Origin: Gammaproteobacteria bacterium
Lineage (GTDB): Bacteria; Pseudomonadota; Gammaproteobacteria; JAJFKG01
Direction: 5' to 3'
DNA length: 64,000 nt
Assembly (NCBI GenBank): GCA_965116795.1
Contig: OZ220716.1
Location: 1,674,503 to 1,738,502 of the forward strand
The first letter of the stretch is position 1. Each line of letters begins with the position of its first letter. Below, one piece after another: positions 48,666-58,457 of the stretch. The notes beneath the pieces were generated by a model. The model saw only the letters and a list, made by a program, of their open reading frames with translations. It ran no database searches and had not been told where the DNA came from. A program made the translations under genes and the position numbers.

Positions 48666-49337
48666 TCAATTCACAATACAAGCTGTAGCATCTGGTTCCC
48701 AGACAGGATATGTTTGCATGACTGCATTGAATAGAGCTGAATCTAAAAAGAATGTTAGCCAGTGTTGCAATCGTGGGTAGGGCGCTGCATCAAACCACTG
48801 TTGATCGACCCGTGCAAATTGGCGAATGAATGGAAAGATGACTACATCAGCTAATGTTACGTCACCACTGACTAAAAAACGGGTTTGCTGTAGGCGGGTT
48901 TCTAATGGTGTTAAAAACATAGTCTCTGCTTGTTGACGTGCAGCTGTGCCAGTAGGGCAGTTATCACTTACTCTATCCGGATATTTATACGCATCTAATA
49001 TGGTTTTAAATGCTGTATCGTTTTGATCAATTAACGATGTGACTGTATCTGCTTGTTTAGGTGTGTAAGTTAGCCAGTTCTCTAGTTGTGGCTTACACTG
49101 AGTTGTTGCCCAGCGCATAATATCTAGACTTTGTTCGATGATGTGATCATCAGTTACGACTAACACAGGCACCGTGCCTTTAGGCGATACACGCAACAAT
49201 GCCTCGGGTTTATTGTGTAAACTAACTTCACGCAATTCATAAGGTATGTTCGCATATCCCAATGCCATACGCGCACGTATGGCATAAGGACAGCGACGAA
49301 AACTATATAGAATTGGCAGCGATGCTGAATTATTCAT
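48666..49337 (-). CDS. glutathione S-transferase family protein
   Basis: LYSFRRCPYAIRAR, SPKGTVPVL, SLDIM.W, LAD..IFPFIRQF. Confidence 0.93.
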   Translation of the reverse strand: MNNSASLPILYSFRRCPYAIRARMALGYANIPYELREVSLHNKPEALLRVSPKGTVPVLVVTDDHIIEQSLDIMRWATTQCKPQLENWLTYTPKQADTVTSLIDQNDTAFKTILDAYKYPDRVSDNCPTGTAARQQAETMFLTPLETRLQQTRFLVSGDVTLADVVIFPFIRQFARVDQQWFDAAPYPRLQHWLTFFLDSALFNAVMQTYPVWEPDATACIVN

Positions 49338-49370
49338 TATTTACTATATTCTTATTAGTAATTTAAGCAA

Positions 49371-49512
49371 TACTAAAAAACGTCAGCTTTGAGTGGATCT
49401 TGCCAGAAAATACCAGCAAAACAGCGCAGTGTATAGTGACATACATGAGCACGTTTTGCTGGTATTTTCTGGCAAGATCTGCCAAAGCTGGCATTTTCCT
49501 TAATAGACCCTA
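49371..49512 (-). repeat. repeat family C, full copy (~142 bp)
   Basis: Long internal IR GATCTTGCCAGAAAATACCAGCAAAAC / GTTTTGCTGGTATTTTCTGGCAAGATC around core GCAGTGTATAGTGACATACATGAG. Confidence 0.9.
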
Positions 49513-49521
49513 AGCAATTAA

Positions 49522-49821
49522 TTAAGCGAATTCTTCTGTTACTACTGTCTCTTTCGCATGCTCAGGCAAGGTAATATTAAGTTCTAACACCGATGCAAAT
49601 TCATCACGCTGTTTTAAGGCTACATTGACTTGATCAGTATCTATCTTGACATATTTTGCAATCACATCGACCAATTCTTTTTGCAATGCTGGTAGAAAGT
49701 CTGGACGTTGTGAACGTTTAGAACGCTCATGTGAGACGATAATTTGTAAACGTTCTTTGGCTAGCACTGCAGAATTACGTTGCATGTTTGGTTTAAATAG
49801 ATTACGTAATGACTTGATCAT
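49522..49821 (-). CDS. minE: cell division topological specificity factor MinE
   Basis: [39 protein letters not shown]. Confidence 0.96.
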   Translation of the reverse strand: MIKSLRNLFKPNMQRNSAVLAKERLQIIVSHERSKRSQRPDFLPALQKELVDVIAKYVKIDTDQVNVALKQRDEFASVLELNITLPEHAKETVVTEEFA

Positions 49822-50645
49822 ACCGTTGCCTCCTCACGGTTTTTAAATAAGCGCTGTAACAAGCCTTGCTTTTTCTGTTGAGTAAACCGGTGTGGGCGTT
49901 TTTCACCAAGAAAACGCGCGACCATGTCTGCATACGCTTGTCCAGCTTCGCTTTTATCATTCATGATAACCGGTACACCGGCATTGGAAGCTTGTAATAC
50001 TGACTTTGATTCAGGTACCACGCCTAATAATGGAATGGCTAAAATGTCTTTAATATCTTGTAATGCTAACATTTCACCGCGTTCAACCCGTGCTGGTGAA
50101 TAACGGGTAATCAGTAAATGTTCCTGAATCGGTTCACTACCTTGTTCAGCACGTTGTGATTTGCTGGATAGAATCCCTAAAATCCGGTCTGAATCGCGTA
50201 CCGATGACACTTCTGGATTGGTGACGACAACAGCACTGTCAGCAAAATACATGGCTAACTGGGCACCGCGTTCAATTCCGGCTGGTGAATCGCAGACGAT
50301 ATAATCGAATTGTTCACTTAATTCTTTTAATACCCGTTCAACACCGTCTTTAGTGAGCGCATCTTTATCTCGGGTTTGCGAGGCCGGTAGGATATACAAA
50401 TTATTAACACGTTTGTCTTTGATCAATGCTTGGGTAATGGTGGCTTCACCATTGACGACATTGACAAAGTCATAGACGACACGTCTTTCACAACCCATGA
50501 TCAAATCAAGGTTGCGCAAGCCGACGTCAAAATCGACAATAACCGTTTTATAATTACGCAGCGCAAGACCGGTGCCGAAAGCAGCACTGGTCGTGGTTTT
50601 GCCCACGCCCCCTTTACCTGATGTGACAACGATGATTTTAGCCAA
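49818..50645 (-). CDS. minD: septum site-determining protein MinD
   Basis: [37 protein letters not shown]-terminal amphipathic helix. Confidence 0.98.
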   Translation of the reverse strand: MAKIIVVTSGKGGVGKTTTSAAFGTGLALRNYKTVIVDFDVGLRNLDLIMGCERRVVYDFVNVVNGEATITQALIKDKRVNNLYILPASQTRDKDALTKDGVERVLKELSEQFDYIVCDSPAGIERGAQLAMYFADSAVVVTNPEVSSVRDSDRILGILSSKSQRAEQGSEPIQEHLLITRYSPARVERGEMLALQDIKDILAIPLLGVVPESKSVLQASNAGVPVIMNDKSEAGQAYADMVARFLGEKRPHRFTQQKKQGLLQRLFKNREEATV

Positions 50646-50807
50646 TGTTTTATTCCTTCCCAGTTAGTTAATTACATCTGCAATTTAGTCTATTTGCCAC
50701 CTTGCCTAACATCCAATTGCGTCAGTCTCGTGCCTATTCTGATCTGATTTAGTGAAAACTGCAATCATTTGCCAATATTTGTGAGAATAATTATATTGCA
50801 GCAAGCA

Positions 50808-50935
50808 TATACTCTTCGCGTTTTAAATTTAGGGCTTTGTTGACTTCGCCTTCTCACAAAAGTCATGTATTTTAATACACTCCTTTTGATTCGAAGGCTT
50901 GCCGCCTCGCCTAAATTCAAAATGCTTTGAGTATA
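50808..50935 (+). repeat. MITE-like repeat family B (128 bp), between minC and minD
   Basis: TATACTCTTCGCGTTTTAAATTTAG...CTAAATTCAAAATGCTTTGAGTATA. Confidence 0.92.
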
Positions 50936-50943
50936 GTTGAATA

Positions 50944-51666
50944 TTAATAATTCTCAATACAAACCCGCCCATTTACCAAATAGACTTTAACATTTTGCTG
51001 TGGATGAGTTGAAGCCGTTTCTGCATGTAATCGATAACGACCAGCGATAGACACCATTTCAGCTTGTAAATCATGGCAAAAAATAACAGCAGATGTATCA
51101 CCAGCAGCGCCTGCTACTGCGCGACCACGCAAGGTTGCGTACACGTGAATATGGCCATCGGCAATGATCTCAGCACCGTTACTCACTGTGGCAGTGACAA
51201 TTAAGTCACCATCTTCGGCATAAATTTGTTGTCCAGAACGCACTGGTGTATCCACCCATTTTGTTTTACGTACGATGGTGTTATCGCTGGTGGTGGTTGC
51301 TTTGGGCTGCAATTGACGACTAGCCAGGGTAGCGTTGGCTTTACTCTCTGCCAGCGTGGCTAAACCGACTTGCTGGGCATCTTGGTGTTGACTGGCAGTG
51401 CCGCCACGGATCCCAACCGGGATCAAGTGATGTTGACGCAAGAGTTGATTGAGTTCAGTAAATGCAATGTTGGTATCTTCGTCCAATTGACTGAGATCGA
51501 TCACAATAGGGGCATAATGGAAAAACTTGGGCGATGTGGCAATGGTTTGCGATAGCTGCGTATCGATTGTGGCAATATCGCCAGTGTACAATTGCAGTAC
51601 ACTTAAGGTGAATAAACTGCCTTTCAATTGAAAAGCTTCTTTATCAGTTGTGGCTACTGCTTCCAT
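50944..51666 (-). CDS. minC: septum site-determining protein MinC
   Basis: FQLKGS, P.FF..APIVID, PVRSGQQIYA, GAEIIADG.IHVY..LRGRA.AG. Confidence 0.96.
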   Translation of the reverse strand: MEAVATTDKEAFQLKGSLFTLSVLQLYTGDIATIDTQLSQTIATSPKFFHYAPIVIDLSQLDEDTNIAFTELNQLLRQHHLIPVGIRGGTASQHQDAQQVGLATLAESKANATLASRQLQPKATTTSDNTIVRKTKWVDTPVRSGQQIYAEDGDLIVTATVSNGAEIIADGHIHVYATLRGRAVAGAAGDTSAVIFCHDLQAEMVSIAGRYRLHAETASTHPQQNVKVYLVNGRVCIENY

Positions 51667-51833
51667 TATGTCCTTGTATCACGTTAAGTTGAATTTAAAT
51701 CCTATACGGGTGCTGATTATAAGTGAAGACTGAGATATTTTCTACTAAGCTGATGGTACAGTGAAGGCTGATTGAGTGTTACTCAACAATACGCAGCTTA
51801 TACCCTAAGGCGAGTTGAGAGTGGAGAAGTGAT

Positions 51834-53495
51834 ATGGAAAAGCCGTGGTTAGCCCACTACCCAGCGGGCGTGGTGCATACGATCAATCCTGAACAATACA
51901 CATCGGTTACCCATATTTTATTAGATGCGGTTAACCGGCATTCTGATGCGATTGCTGTCGTGAATTTTGGTGTGGCGTTGACCTATGCCGAATTAGCTGA
52001 ACTTAGTGCACAGCTAGCTGCGTATTTATATGCTCAAGGTTGGCGCAAAGGGGATAGTTTGGCAGTGATGTTACCAAACTGTTTGCAATACCCGATTGTA
52101 TTATTAGCTGCATGGCGACTTGGGATCACGGTAACCAATGTTAATCCATTGTATACGCGACATGAAGTTGCTAAACAATGTCAAGATGCTGCAGTAAAAG
52201 GGATCATTGTCTTTAATCATTATGCACGTACTGTCGAGCAAGCGGCTAGTCAATACCCATTTTCACACGTTATTACTACGGGAATTGGCGATTTATTTGG
52301 AATGAGCAAACGCGTAGTTGCTAATCTAATTGTTACGATAAAACGTTTAGCGCCGCGTTGTCGGTTGCATAACACAGTGACGTTACGCACAGCATTGACA
52401 CAAGGCAAATCATTACCTTTGCCAGAGATAACGGTAACCGGTGATGATATTGCCTTATTACAATATACTGGTGGGACAACTGGAGATAGTCGTGGGGTGA
52501 TCTTAACTCATCGCAATTTGGTTGCAAACATGTTGCAAGTACAAGCTTGGTTATCACCCATTCTACGCCGTAAACAAGTCACCGCCATTGTTGCATTACC
52601 GCTTTATCATATTTTTTCCTTAACAGCCAATTTATTATTATTACTTAATATTGGTGGTAAACTAGTGTTAATCACTGATCCACGCAAGCTAACCAGTTTT
52701 ATAATCACGTTAAAAAATACGTCCTTTAATATTTTACTGGGAGTAAATACATTATTTAATGCGATGCTACATCATCCACGATTCAACGAGATTGATTTTT
52801 CGAGTTTAGATGTTACCTTGGCTGGCGGTATGGCATTGCAAAAAGCTGTTGCTGACAAATGGCAACAACGAACTGGACATGCGTTACTACAAGGCTATGG
52901 GTTAACTGAAGCATCACCAGTTGTCGCAATTACCCCGCTGACTAGCAAGATGTTTACAGGCACGATTGGTTTGCCAGTACCATCAACTGACGTCAGTGTT
53001 CGCGATGAGCATGGTCAAGACGTTGCACAAGGTGAGGTTGGTGAATTGTGGGTGCGCGGTCCGCAAGTCATGCAAGGGTATTGGCAACACCCAACGGAGA
53101 CGGCAAATGTACTACAACAGGGTTGGTTGCGTACTGGTGATATGGTGACATGTGATCAAGACGGGTATTTGTATTTGGTTGATCGTAAAGGCGATGTGAT
53201 CATTGTGTCTGGTTTTAATGTATATCCCAATGAAATAGAAGATGTGATTGCAAAACATCCTGGGGTGAATGAAGTTGCTGTTGTTGGTGTTAACGCGCAT
53301 GATGGTAATGAACAAATCAAAGCGGTGATTGTGAAAAATGATCCGGCTTTAACTAAAGAACAATTACAAACCCATTGCCGTGATTGGTTAACTGCGTATA
53401 AAATTCCAAAGATCATTGAGTTTCGTGACGCATTACCGAAATCAGCAGTGGGTAAAATTCTACGTCATCGATTGCGTGATAATATTGGCGAGTAA
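51834..53495 (+). CDS. fadD: long-chain fatty acid-CoA ligase
   Basis: NVNPLYT, LQYTGGTTG, LPLYHIF, GYGLTE.SP, GPQVMQGYW, TGD, GFNVYPNEIE, LPKS.VGKIL. Confidence 0.93.
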   Translation: MEKPWLAHYPAGVVHTINPEQYTSVTHILLDAVNRHSDAIAVVNFGVALTYAELAELSAQLAAYLYAQGWRKGDSLAVMLPNCLQYPIVLLAAWRLGITVTNVNPLYTRHEVAKQCQDAAVKGIIVFNHYARTVEQAASQYPFSHVITTGIGDLFGMSKRVVANLIVTIKRLAPRCRLHNTVTLRTALTQGKSLPLPEITVTGDDIALLQYTGGTTGDSRGVILTHRNLVANMLQVQAWLSPILRRKQVTAIVALPLYHIFSLTANLLLLLNIGGKLVLITDPRKLTSFIITLKNTSFNILLGVNTLFNAMLHHPRFNEIDFSSLDVTLAGGMALQKAVADKWQQRTGHALLQGYGLTEASPVVAITPLTSKMFTGTIGLPVPSTDVSVRDEHGQDVAQGEVGELWVRGPQVMQGYWQHPTETANVLQQGWLRTGDMVTCDQDGYLYLVDRKGDVIIVSGFNVYPNEIEDVIAKHPGVNEVAVVGVNAHDGNEQIKAVIVKNDPALTKEQLQTHCRDWLTAYKIPKIIEFRDALPKSAVGKILRHRLRDNIGE

Positions 53496-53500
53496 TAGTG

Positions 53501-53836
53501 TTAATTTGCAATACTCGCAAATTCAGCGATGTCATAGACTAGCGAATGAAATTCCACATCAAATAATTGATGAAATAAATCGAGCGAAGGTTGTGGCCAG
53601 CATTGCTTAGGCACGTCCCATGATTCCATTTCATTATTTAATATGCCTACATAATGACGGTCGATGAATCGTTGAGCTTGCTTAGGGCCGGGGAAAGCAG
53701 GAATTAACAATGCAGTGCAATCACGACGCAATTGATCAAGATCACGTTTTTCATCAGCATTGGGTAACGATTGCATGAAATCCAGCATGTTTTGTGTGGG
53801 TTTGATCACAGCAACAATGCGTTCGACTGCAAACAT
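53501..53836 (-). CDS. hypothetical protein (111 aa)
   Basis: ATG with AAGGA RBS; plausible globular sequence (V.R...VIKP, D.TALLIP, E..SW, WP, FDVEFHS). Confidence 0.75.
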   Translation of the reverse strand: MFAVERIVAVIKPTQNMLDFMQSLPNADEKRDLDQLRRDCTALLIPAFPGPKQAQRFIDRHYVGILNNEMESWDVPKQCWPQPSLDLFHQLFDVEFHSLVYDIAEFASIAN

Positions 53837-54112
53837 AACGTTATTTTATCCTTTAAAAACAATCTTAATGGGACGAACTGGCTAAGTGCTCCAATCATAG
53901 CATGGGCTTAGTGCAAAAATCATCACCTAGAAAGCTTGCAGGATCCCAGTTGAAAACAGAAGAGAGTAAACTCTAGCGACATACCCGCTGCTACACGACA
54001 GATAATGCGTCAATGCAATAAAAATAAATGCAAATTTGACTTAATCAATGAGTTATGTTCCAATAGCGCTCACGTCACAACAATAATAATGAGACGGCAA
54101 GGAGTAGAGGCA

Positions 54113-54343
54113 ATGAGCAAGTGGACACCGGGGTTATTTCCTGGACATCATCACGAGAATAATTTTCGTTCACAAACGGTGAGTAGCAGTGGCAGTGCGT
54201 TAACTGCATCAGCTATGCCGACTGATCATTCGTTGATTAAAGACCTTCCCACACGTGCAGCCACACTGTTGACCAGAGGCAGTGAATTGCAGTGCTATTT
54301 TGAAGCATGTCACCATTCAACCGTTGGGCTCTGTACTGCTTAA
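54113..54343 (+). CDS. possible small orphan protein (76 aa)
   Basis: GGAGTAGAGG RBS-like sequence before ATG 54113; no recognisable motifs. Confidence 0.3.
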   Translation: MSKWTPGLFPGHHHENNFRSQTVSSSGSALTASAMPTDHSLIKDLPTRAATLLTRGSELQCYFEACHHSTVGLCTA

Positions 54344-54414
54344 CAACACTCTGAATTGAGGTTAACAGTCACTACTCAGCAGATGCGGAAGATGCGGATC
54401 TTTACATTACTACA

Positions 54415-54456
54415 AAACCTCCGCTCAAAGATGGCGTTTTTCTTAATAGTGCCTAA
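54415..54456 (-). repeat. repeat family C, partial copy
   Basis: CCGCTCAAAGATGGCGTTTTTCTTAATAGTGCCTA. Confidence 0.7.
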
Positions 54457-54465
54457 TCAATTAAC

Positions 54466-54491
54466 AAAAAACAGGGCAGCATTTGCTGCCC
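54466..54491 (-). terminator. Rho-independent terminator downstream of yccA
   Basis: GGGCAGCA/TGCTGCCC stem followed by TGTTTTTT on the minus strand. Confidence 0.85.
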
Positions 54492-54505
54492 GTTAAGTTT
54501 TGTTT

Positions 54506-54602
54506 GCCTGGGTTATTGCCCGAGACCGCCTAGGTTGGCCTGGTGCCTGGGCTATTATATGGATGCCTGGCTAAGCCTGGTTGGCCTAGTACTAGTACCT
54601 GG
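54506..54602. repeat. array of nine GCCTGG-like hexamers (CCAGGC on minus strand)
   Basis: Copies at 54506, 54518, 54528, 54538, 54545, 54565, 54575, 54584 and 54597. Confidence 0.75.
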
Positions 54603-54606
54603 GTGA

Positions 54607-55293
54607 CTAATCGCGATTGCCTGCAAATACACTTAAGATTTGCAATAAGCTGATGAACATATTGTATAGTGCGATGTATAAACTAATCGTTGCCATAATA
54701 TAGTTGCGTTCACCGCCATGAATAATTTGGCTAGTATGAAATAAAATCAAGCCAGAACAAATTAAAACGAATGCAGCAGATACGACCAAGTGAAGTAATG
54801 GCATGTTAAAGATAAGTGCAGCGAAGCTAGCCAATACGGCAACTAAGATCGCAACAAACAAAAAGCCACCCATGTAGCTAAAATCTTTACGACTGCTTAA
54901 CACGTAGGCGGATAATCCAAAAAAGATGATCCCGGTGCCGCCCAATGCGGTCATGATAAGTTCTGTACCGTTGGTGAATGTTTGCAAGTACATGTTTAAT
55001 ACTGGGCCGAGGATGTATCCCATAAAACCGGTGAAGGCGAATACCGCAGCCAAGCCCCATGGACTGTTGCGTAAACGTGTGGTTAAGAATAATAACCCAT
55101 ACATGCCAACAATCATGAACAACAAGCCACCAAACCCTGAAGGCAATCTGGCATTGCTGATCATAGCGATACCTGCACACAAGGCACTAAATAAGAATGT
55201 TGCGCCTAAGAGTAAGTAAGTATTACGTAATACTTTATTGGTTGCCAAAATGGATTCTTGACTACGTACAACAGAATATTGATTAGGTTGCAT
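54607..55293 (-). CDS. yccA: Bax inhibitor-1/YccA family membrane protein
   Basis: TNKVLRNTY.LL, FTGFMGY.LGP, RKDFS, IIHGGE.NYIMAT; divergent from tRNA-Ser. Confidence 0.95.
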   Translation of the reverse strand: MQPNQYSVVRSQESILATNKVLRNTYLLLGATFLFSALCAGIAMISNARLPSGFGGLLFMIVGMYGLLFLTTRLRNSPWGLAAVFAFTGFMGYILGPVLNMYLQTFTNGTELIMTALGGTGIIFFGLSAYVLSSRKDFSYMGGFLFVAILVAVLASFAALIFNMPLLHLVVSAAFVLICSGLILFHTSQIIHGGERNYIMATISLYIALYNMFISLLQILSVFAGNRD

Positions 55294-55574
55294 GATATCG
55301 ATCCTCTTTACTAACAAAATGAATACAGTACGGTTAATGTGAATTGTCGCAGTATACCATAATTGCTTCAGCAACAACAAACAGTCAAGCAAGTTTAGCT
55401 AATGGATCAAATAGATAAACAGCGTGCTGTTAAATTATTTTCCTAGTTGCTTACGTGTAGTGTTTAAGATAGTTTGCGATAGCGGTGGAAACGGTTATTT
55501 TTCTGTTGATAACACTAATGTGGCTACTTGTTGCCAGCTGGATTTAGCGTATAATCAGCGGCTTAATTTTAACA

Positions 55575-55664
55575 GGAGAGGTGGCTGAGTGGTTTAAAGC
55601 GGCGGTCTTGAAAACCGTTGAGTCTTCACGGGCTCCGGGGGTTCGAATCCCTCCCTCTCCGCCA
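55575..55664 (+). tRNA. serT: tRNA-Ser(TGA)
   Basis: GGAGAGG acceptor, anticodon loop CTTGAAA, long variable arm, GTTCGAATC, CCA; TATAAT at 55550. Confidence 0.97.
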
Positions 55665-55725
55665 ACTCTCACACCATGGACGCTTTGCATGATATGCATA
55701 ACAAGGGATAGTAAGGGGGCACACC

Positions 55726-56466
55726 ATGTCTGACGCTTTGCGCAAAATCAGTGTATTGTTAGTAGATGATCACGATTTAATGCGTGCAGGCTTAAAACAG
55801 ATTTTAATGACAATTGATGGCATTGATGTGATTGGTGAAGCGGATTCGGGTGAAGCTGGATTACGCTTGACGCGTGAGTTGCAACCTAATGTAGTGATCA
55901 TGGATGTGCAAATGCCGGGGATTGGTGGATTAGAAGCAGCTGCACGTTTATCGCGAGCTAACCCAGACGTGGCGATTTTAGCGTTAACTGCATTTGAAAC
56001 GGATCCATATCCATCGCAAATGATGCAAGCTGGTTGTAAAGGGTATGTCACAAAAGGGTGTTCGATAAAAGAGATCGAGCGTGCAATTCGTACCATCCAT
56101 GCTGGGCAACGTTATATTACTCCTAAAATTGCACAACAATTAGCGATGAAACATTTAGATGGAACGTCTCCGTTAGATTCACTATCGCGGCGTGAATTAC
56201 AGGTACTAGACATGATTGCTAATGAATTTGCTAAACCGCTTGAAATGGCAGATATTTGGAATATTAGTCCAAAGACAGTGAATAGTTACCGTTATCGGCT
56301 ATACGAAAAGTTAAACATTGATAGCAAGACAGATGTTGAATTGGTACAAAAAGCACGTATTTACCGCTTGCTGAAAATGGGTGTTAACATTTTTGATACT
56401 GACAGATCCGCGATTGCCGATGGTAAATTCGTTGAAATGTTAGATGCCAATTCTAGTGATGAATAA
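55726..56466 (+). CDS. letA: UvrY/GacA/LetA family response regulator
   Basis: VDDH, MDVQMPGIGGLEA, GYVTKG, LuxR HTH ISPKTVNSYRYRLYEKL; upstream of uvrC. Confidence 0.9.
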   Translation: MSDALRKISVLLVDDHDLMRAGLKQILMTIDGIDVIGEADSGEAGLRLTRELQPNVVIMDVQMPGIGGLEAAARLSRANPDVAILALTAFETDPYPSQMMQAGCKGYVTKGCSIKEIERAIRTIHAGQRYITPKIAQQLAMKHLDGTSPLDSLSRRELQVLDMIANEFAKPLEMADIWNISPKTVNSYRYRLYEKLNIDSKTDVELVQKARIYRLLKMGVNIFDTDRSAIADGKFVEMLDANSSDE

Positions 56467-56512
56467 CCTATTTAATTTTTTTGTTTCGCATGAATAGTGT
56501 GATAGAGTCACT

Positions 56513-58339
56513 GTGCACTTTGATCCAACTTCTTTACTAGCAGTAGCGCCGCAATCACCGGGCGTTTACCAAATGTATGACTGCCAAGATAACTTGTTAT
56601 ATGTTGGCAAAGCACGTAATTTAAAAAAACGTTTAAGCAGTTATTTTCGTGCACATACCCCATCTGCCAAAACCCGATTATTGGTTAGCAAACTTAACCG
56701 CGTAGACTACACGCTTACCCACAGTGAGGGCGAAGCATTATTACTAGAAAGCACCTTAATTAAGCAGCATAAACCGCGGTATAACGTATTGCTGCGTGAT
56801 GATAAAAGTTACCCTTTTTTATTTATTGGCACTCATGCAGATTACCCACGTCTTGATTTTCATCGTGGGGCACAACGCGAGTCCGGCCGCTACTTCGGTC
56901 CTTATCCGAGCACGCATGCAGTGCGCGAGAGTCTGCAATTATTACAAAAGTTATTTCGTTTGCGTCAATGTCGCGATAGTTTTTTTAATAATCGTCAACG
57001 ACCGTGTTTGCAATATCAAATCAATCGTTGCAGTGCTCCGTGTGTAGGTTACATTTCAGTTGATGATTACCGACAAGATGTACGTTTAGCAGAATTATTT
57101 TTATCGGGAAAGAGTCAAGCAGTGATCGAGATGTTGATTACGCGCATGCAAACAGCAGCCGCTGCCAAAGCCTACGAACAAGCCGCACAGTATCGTGATC
57201 AAATCGCTAATTTGCGTCGTTTGCAAGACAGTCAACATGTTGCCGGTAAAACAGGTGATGCAGATGTGATTGCGTTGATGATGCAACACGATAGTGCGTG
57301 TATTGCTGTGGTGACAGTGCGTAATGGCAGTGTATTAGGTAGCAATTGTTTTTACCCAACAGTTCCAGCAGGCGAGACGGCAGTCAGTGTGTTAACGGCG
57401 TTTCTTGCGCAATATTATTTAAATAAACAACAAGCGCGGCAATTACCCAGTAACATTATTATTAATCAACCAATCGACGATGCAGCGTATCTAACCACGG
57501 CGTTAACTGAACTTGGCAATAAGAAAGTACACTTGGCTTGGCGTGTACGCGGTGAACGTGCACATTGGTTAGCACTTGCTATCACCAATGCCAATCAAGC
57601 GGTTGCACGTTTTAGTGCGGATAAACACACGATTGCCCAGCAATTAATTCAATTAACTGAATCGTTATCGTTAACAGCGCCACCACAGCGCATTGAATGT
57701 TTTGACATTAGTCATACCCAAGGTGCGCAAACGGTTGCAGCCTGTGTTGTGTTTGATCATCAAGGTGCGCGTAAAAGTGATTATCGACGGTTTAATATCA
57801 CGGGGATTACTGCAGGCGATGATTATGCGGCAATGCATCAAGCATTACAGCGTCGTTATACCAAGGTGCAACAGCGCGGTGGTGTGCTACCGGATTTGCT
57901 GATCATTGACGGTGGTAAAGGGCAGTTAACCCAAGCCAAAACGGTGTTAGAAGAATTACAAGTCACCGGCATTACCTTATTAGGCATAGCCAAAGGGGTA
58001 AGCCGTAAACCAGGGTTAGAGACATTGTATTTATGCGATACGACAACTGACGTGGTAACGATTGATAGTCATGATGGTGCGTTGCATTTATTGCAACAGA
58101 TCCGCGATGAGGCGCATCGTTTTGCGATCACTGGTCACCGTCAACGACGTGCGCGCCAAGCGCAGCAATCGATTTTAGATGATATCCCTGGCATTGGCAG
58201 TCAACGTCGGCGTCAGTTGCTGCAGCAATTTGGTGGTTTGCAAGGTTTAAAACAAGCCAGTGTTGAAGATATTGCTACGGTGCCAGGAATCAGTCGCCGA
58301 TTGGCTGACGCTATTTTTGCACGATTACATAAATCCTGA
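56513..58339 (+). CDS. uvrC: excinuclease ABC subunit C
   Basis: GIY-YIG PGVY...YVGKA, LRDDKSYP, ECFDISH, IDGGKGQ, RDEAHRFAI, HhH. Confidence 0.98.
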   Translation: MHFDPTSLLAVAPQSPGVYQMYDCQDNLLYVGKARNLKKRLSSYFRAHTPSAKTRLLVSKLNRVDYTLTHSEGEALLLESTLIKQHKPRYNVLLRDDKSYPFLFIGTHADYPRLDFHRGAQRESGRYFGPYPSTHAVRESLQLLQKLFRLRQCRDSFFNNRQRPCLQYQINRCSAPCVGYISVDDYRQDVRLAELFLSGKSQAVIEMLITRMQTAAAAKAYEQAAQYRDQIANLRRLQDSQHVAGKTGDADVIALMMQHDSACIAVVTVRNGSVLGSNCFYPTVPAGETAVSVLTAFLAQYYLNKQQARQLPSNIIINQPIDDAAYLTTALTELGNKKVHLAWRVRGERAHWLALAITNANQAVARFSADKHTIAQQLIQLTESLSLTAPPQRIECFDISHTQGAQTVAACVVFDHQGARKSDYRRFNITGITAGDDYAAMHQALQRRYTKVQQRGGVLPDLLIIDGGKGQLTQAKTVLEELQVTGITLLGIAKGVSRKPGLETLYLCDTTTDVVTIDSHDGALHLLQQIRDEAHRFAITGHRQRRARQAQQSILDDIPGIGSQRRRQLLQQFGGLQGLKQASVEDIATVPGISRRLADAIFARLHKS

Positions 58340-58457
58340 GTACGTTGCCCCTAAATTAAACCAAGTTGGCAGATTAGACTTCATTTTTGTGGCTATCTTG
58401 GCTAAGATGGGCGCAATGAATGTCATCTAGAAATGCCAGCTACACAGGAGTGAACGC

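Noticed and set aside
54332-54343. C-terminal LCTA as a CaaX motif
   Set aside because: The Cys is at position -3, not -4.
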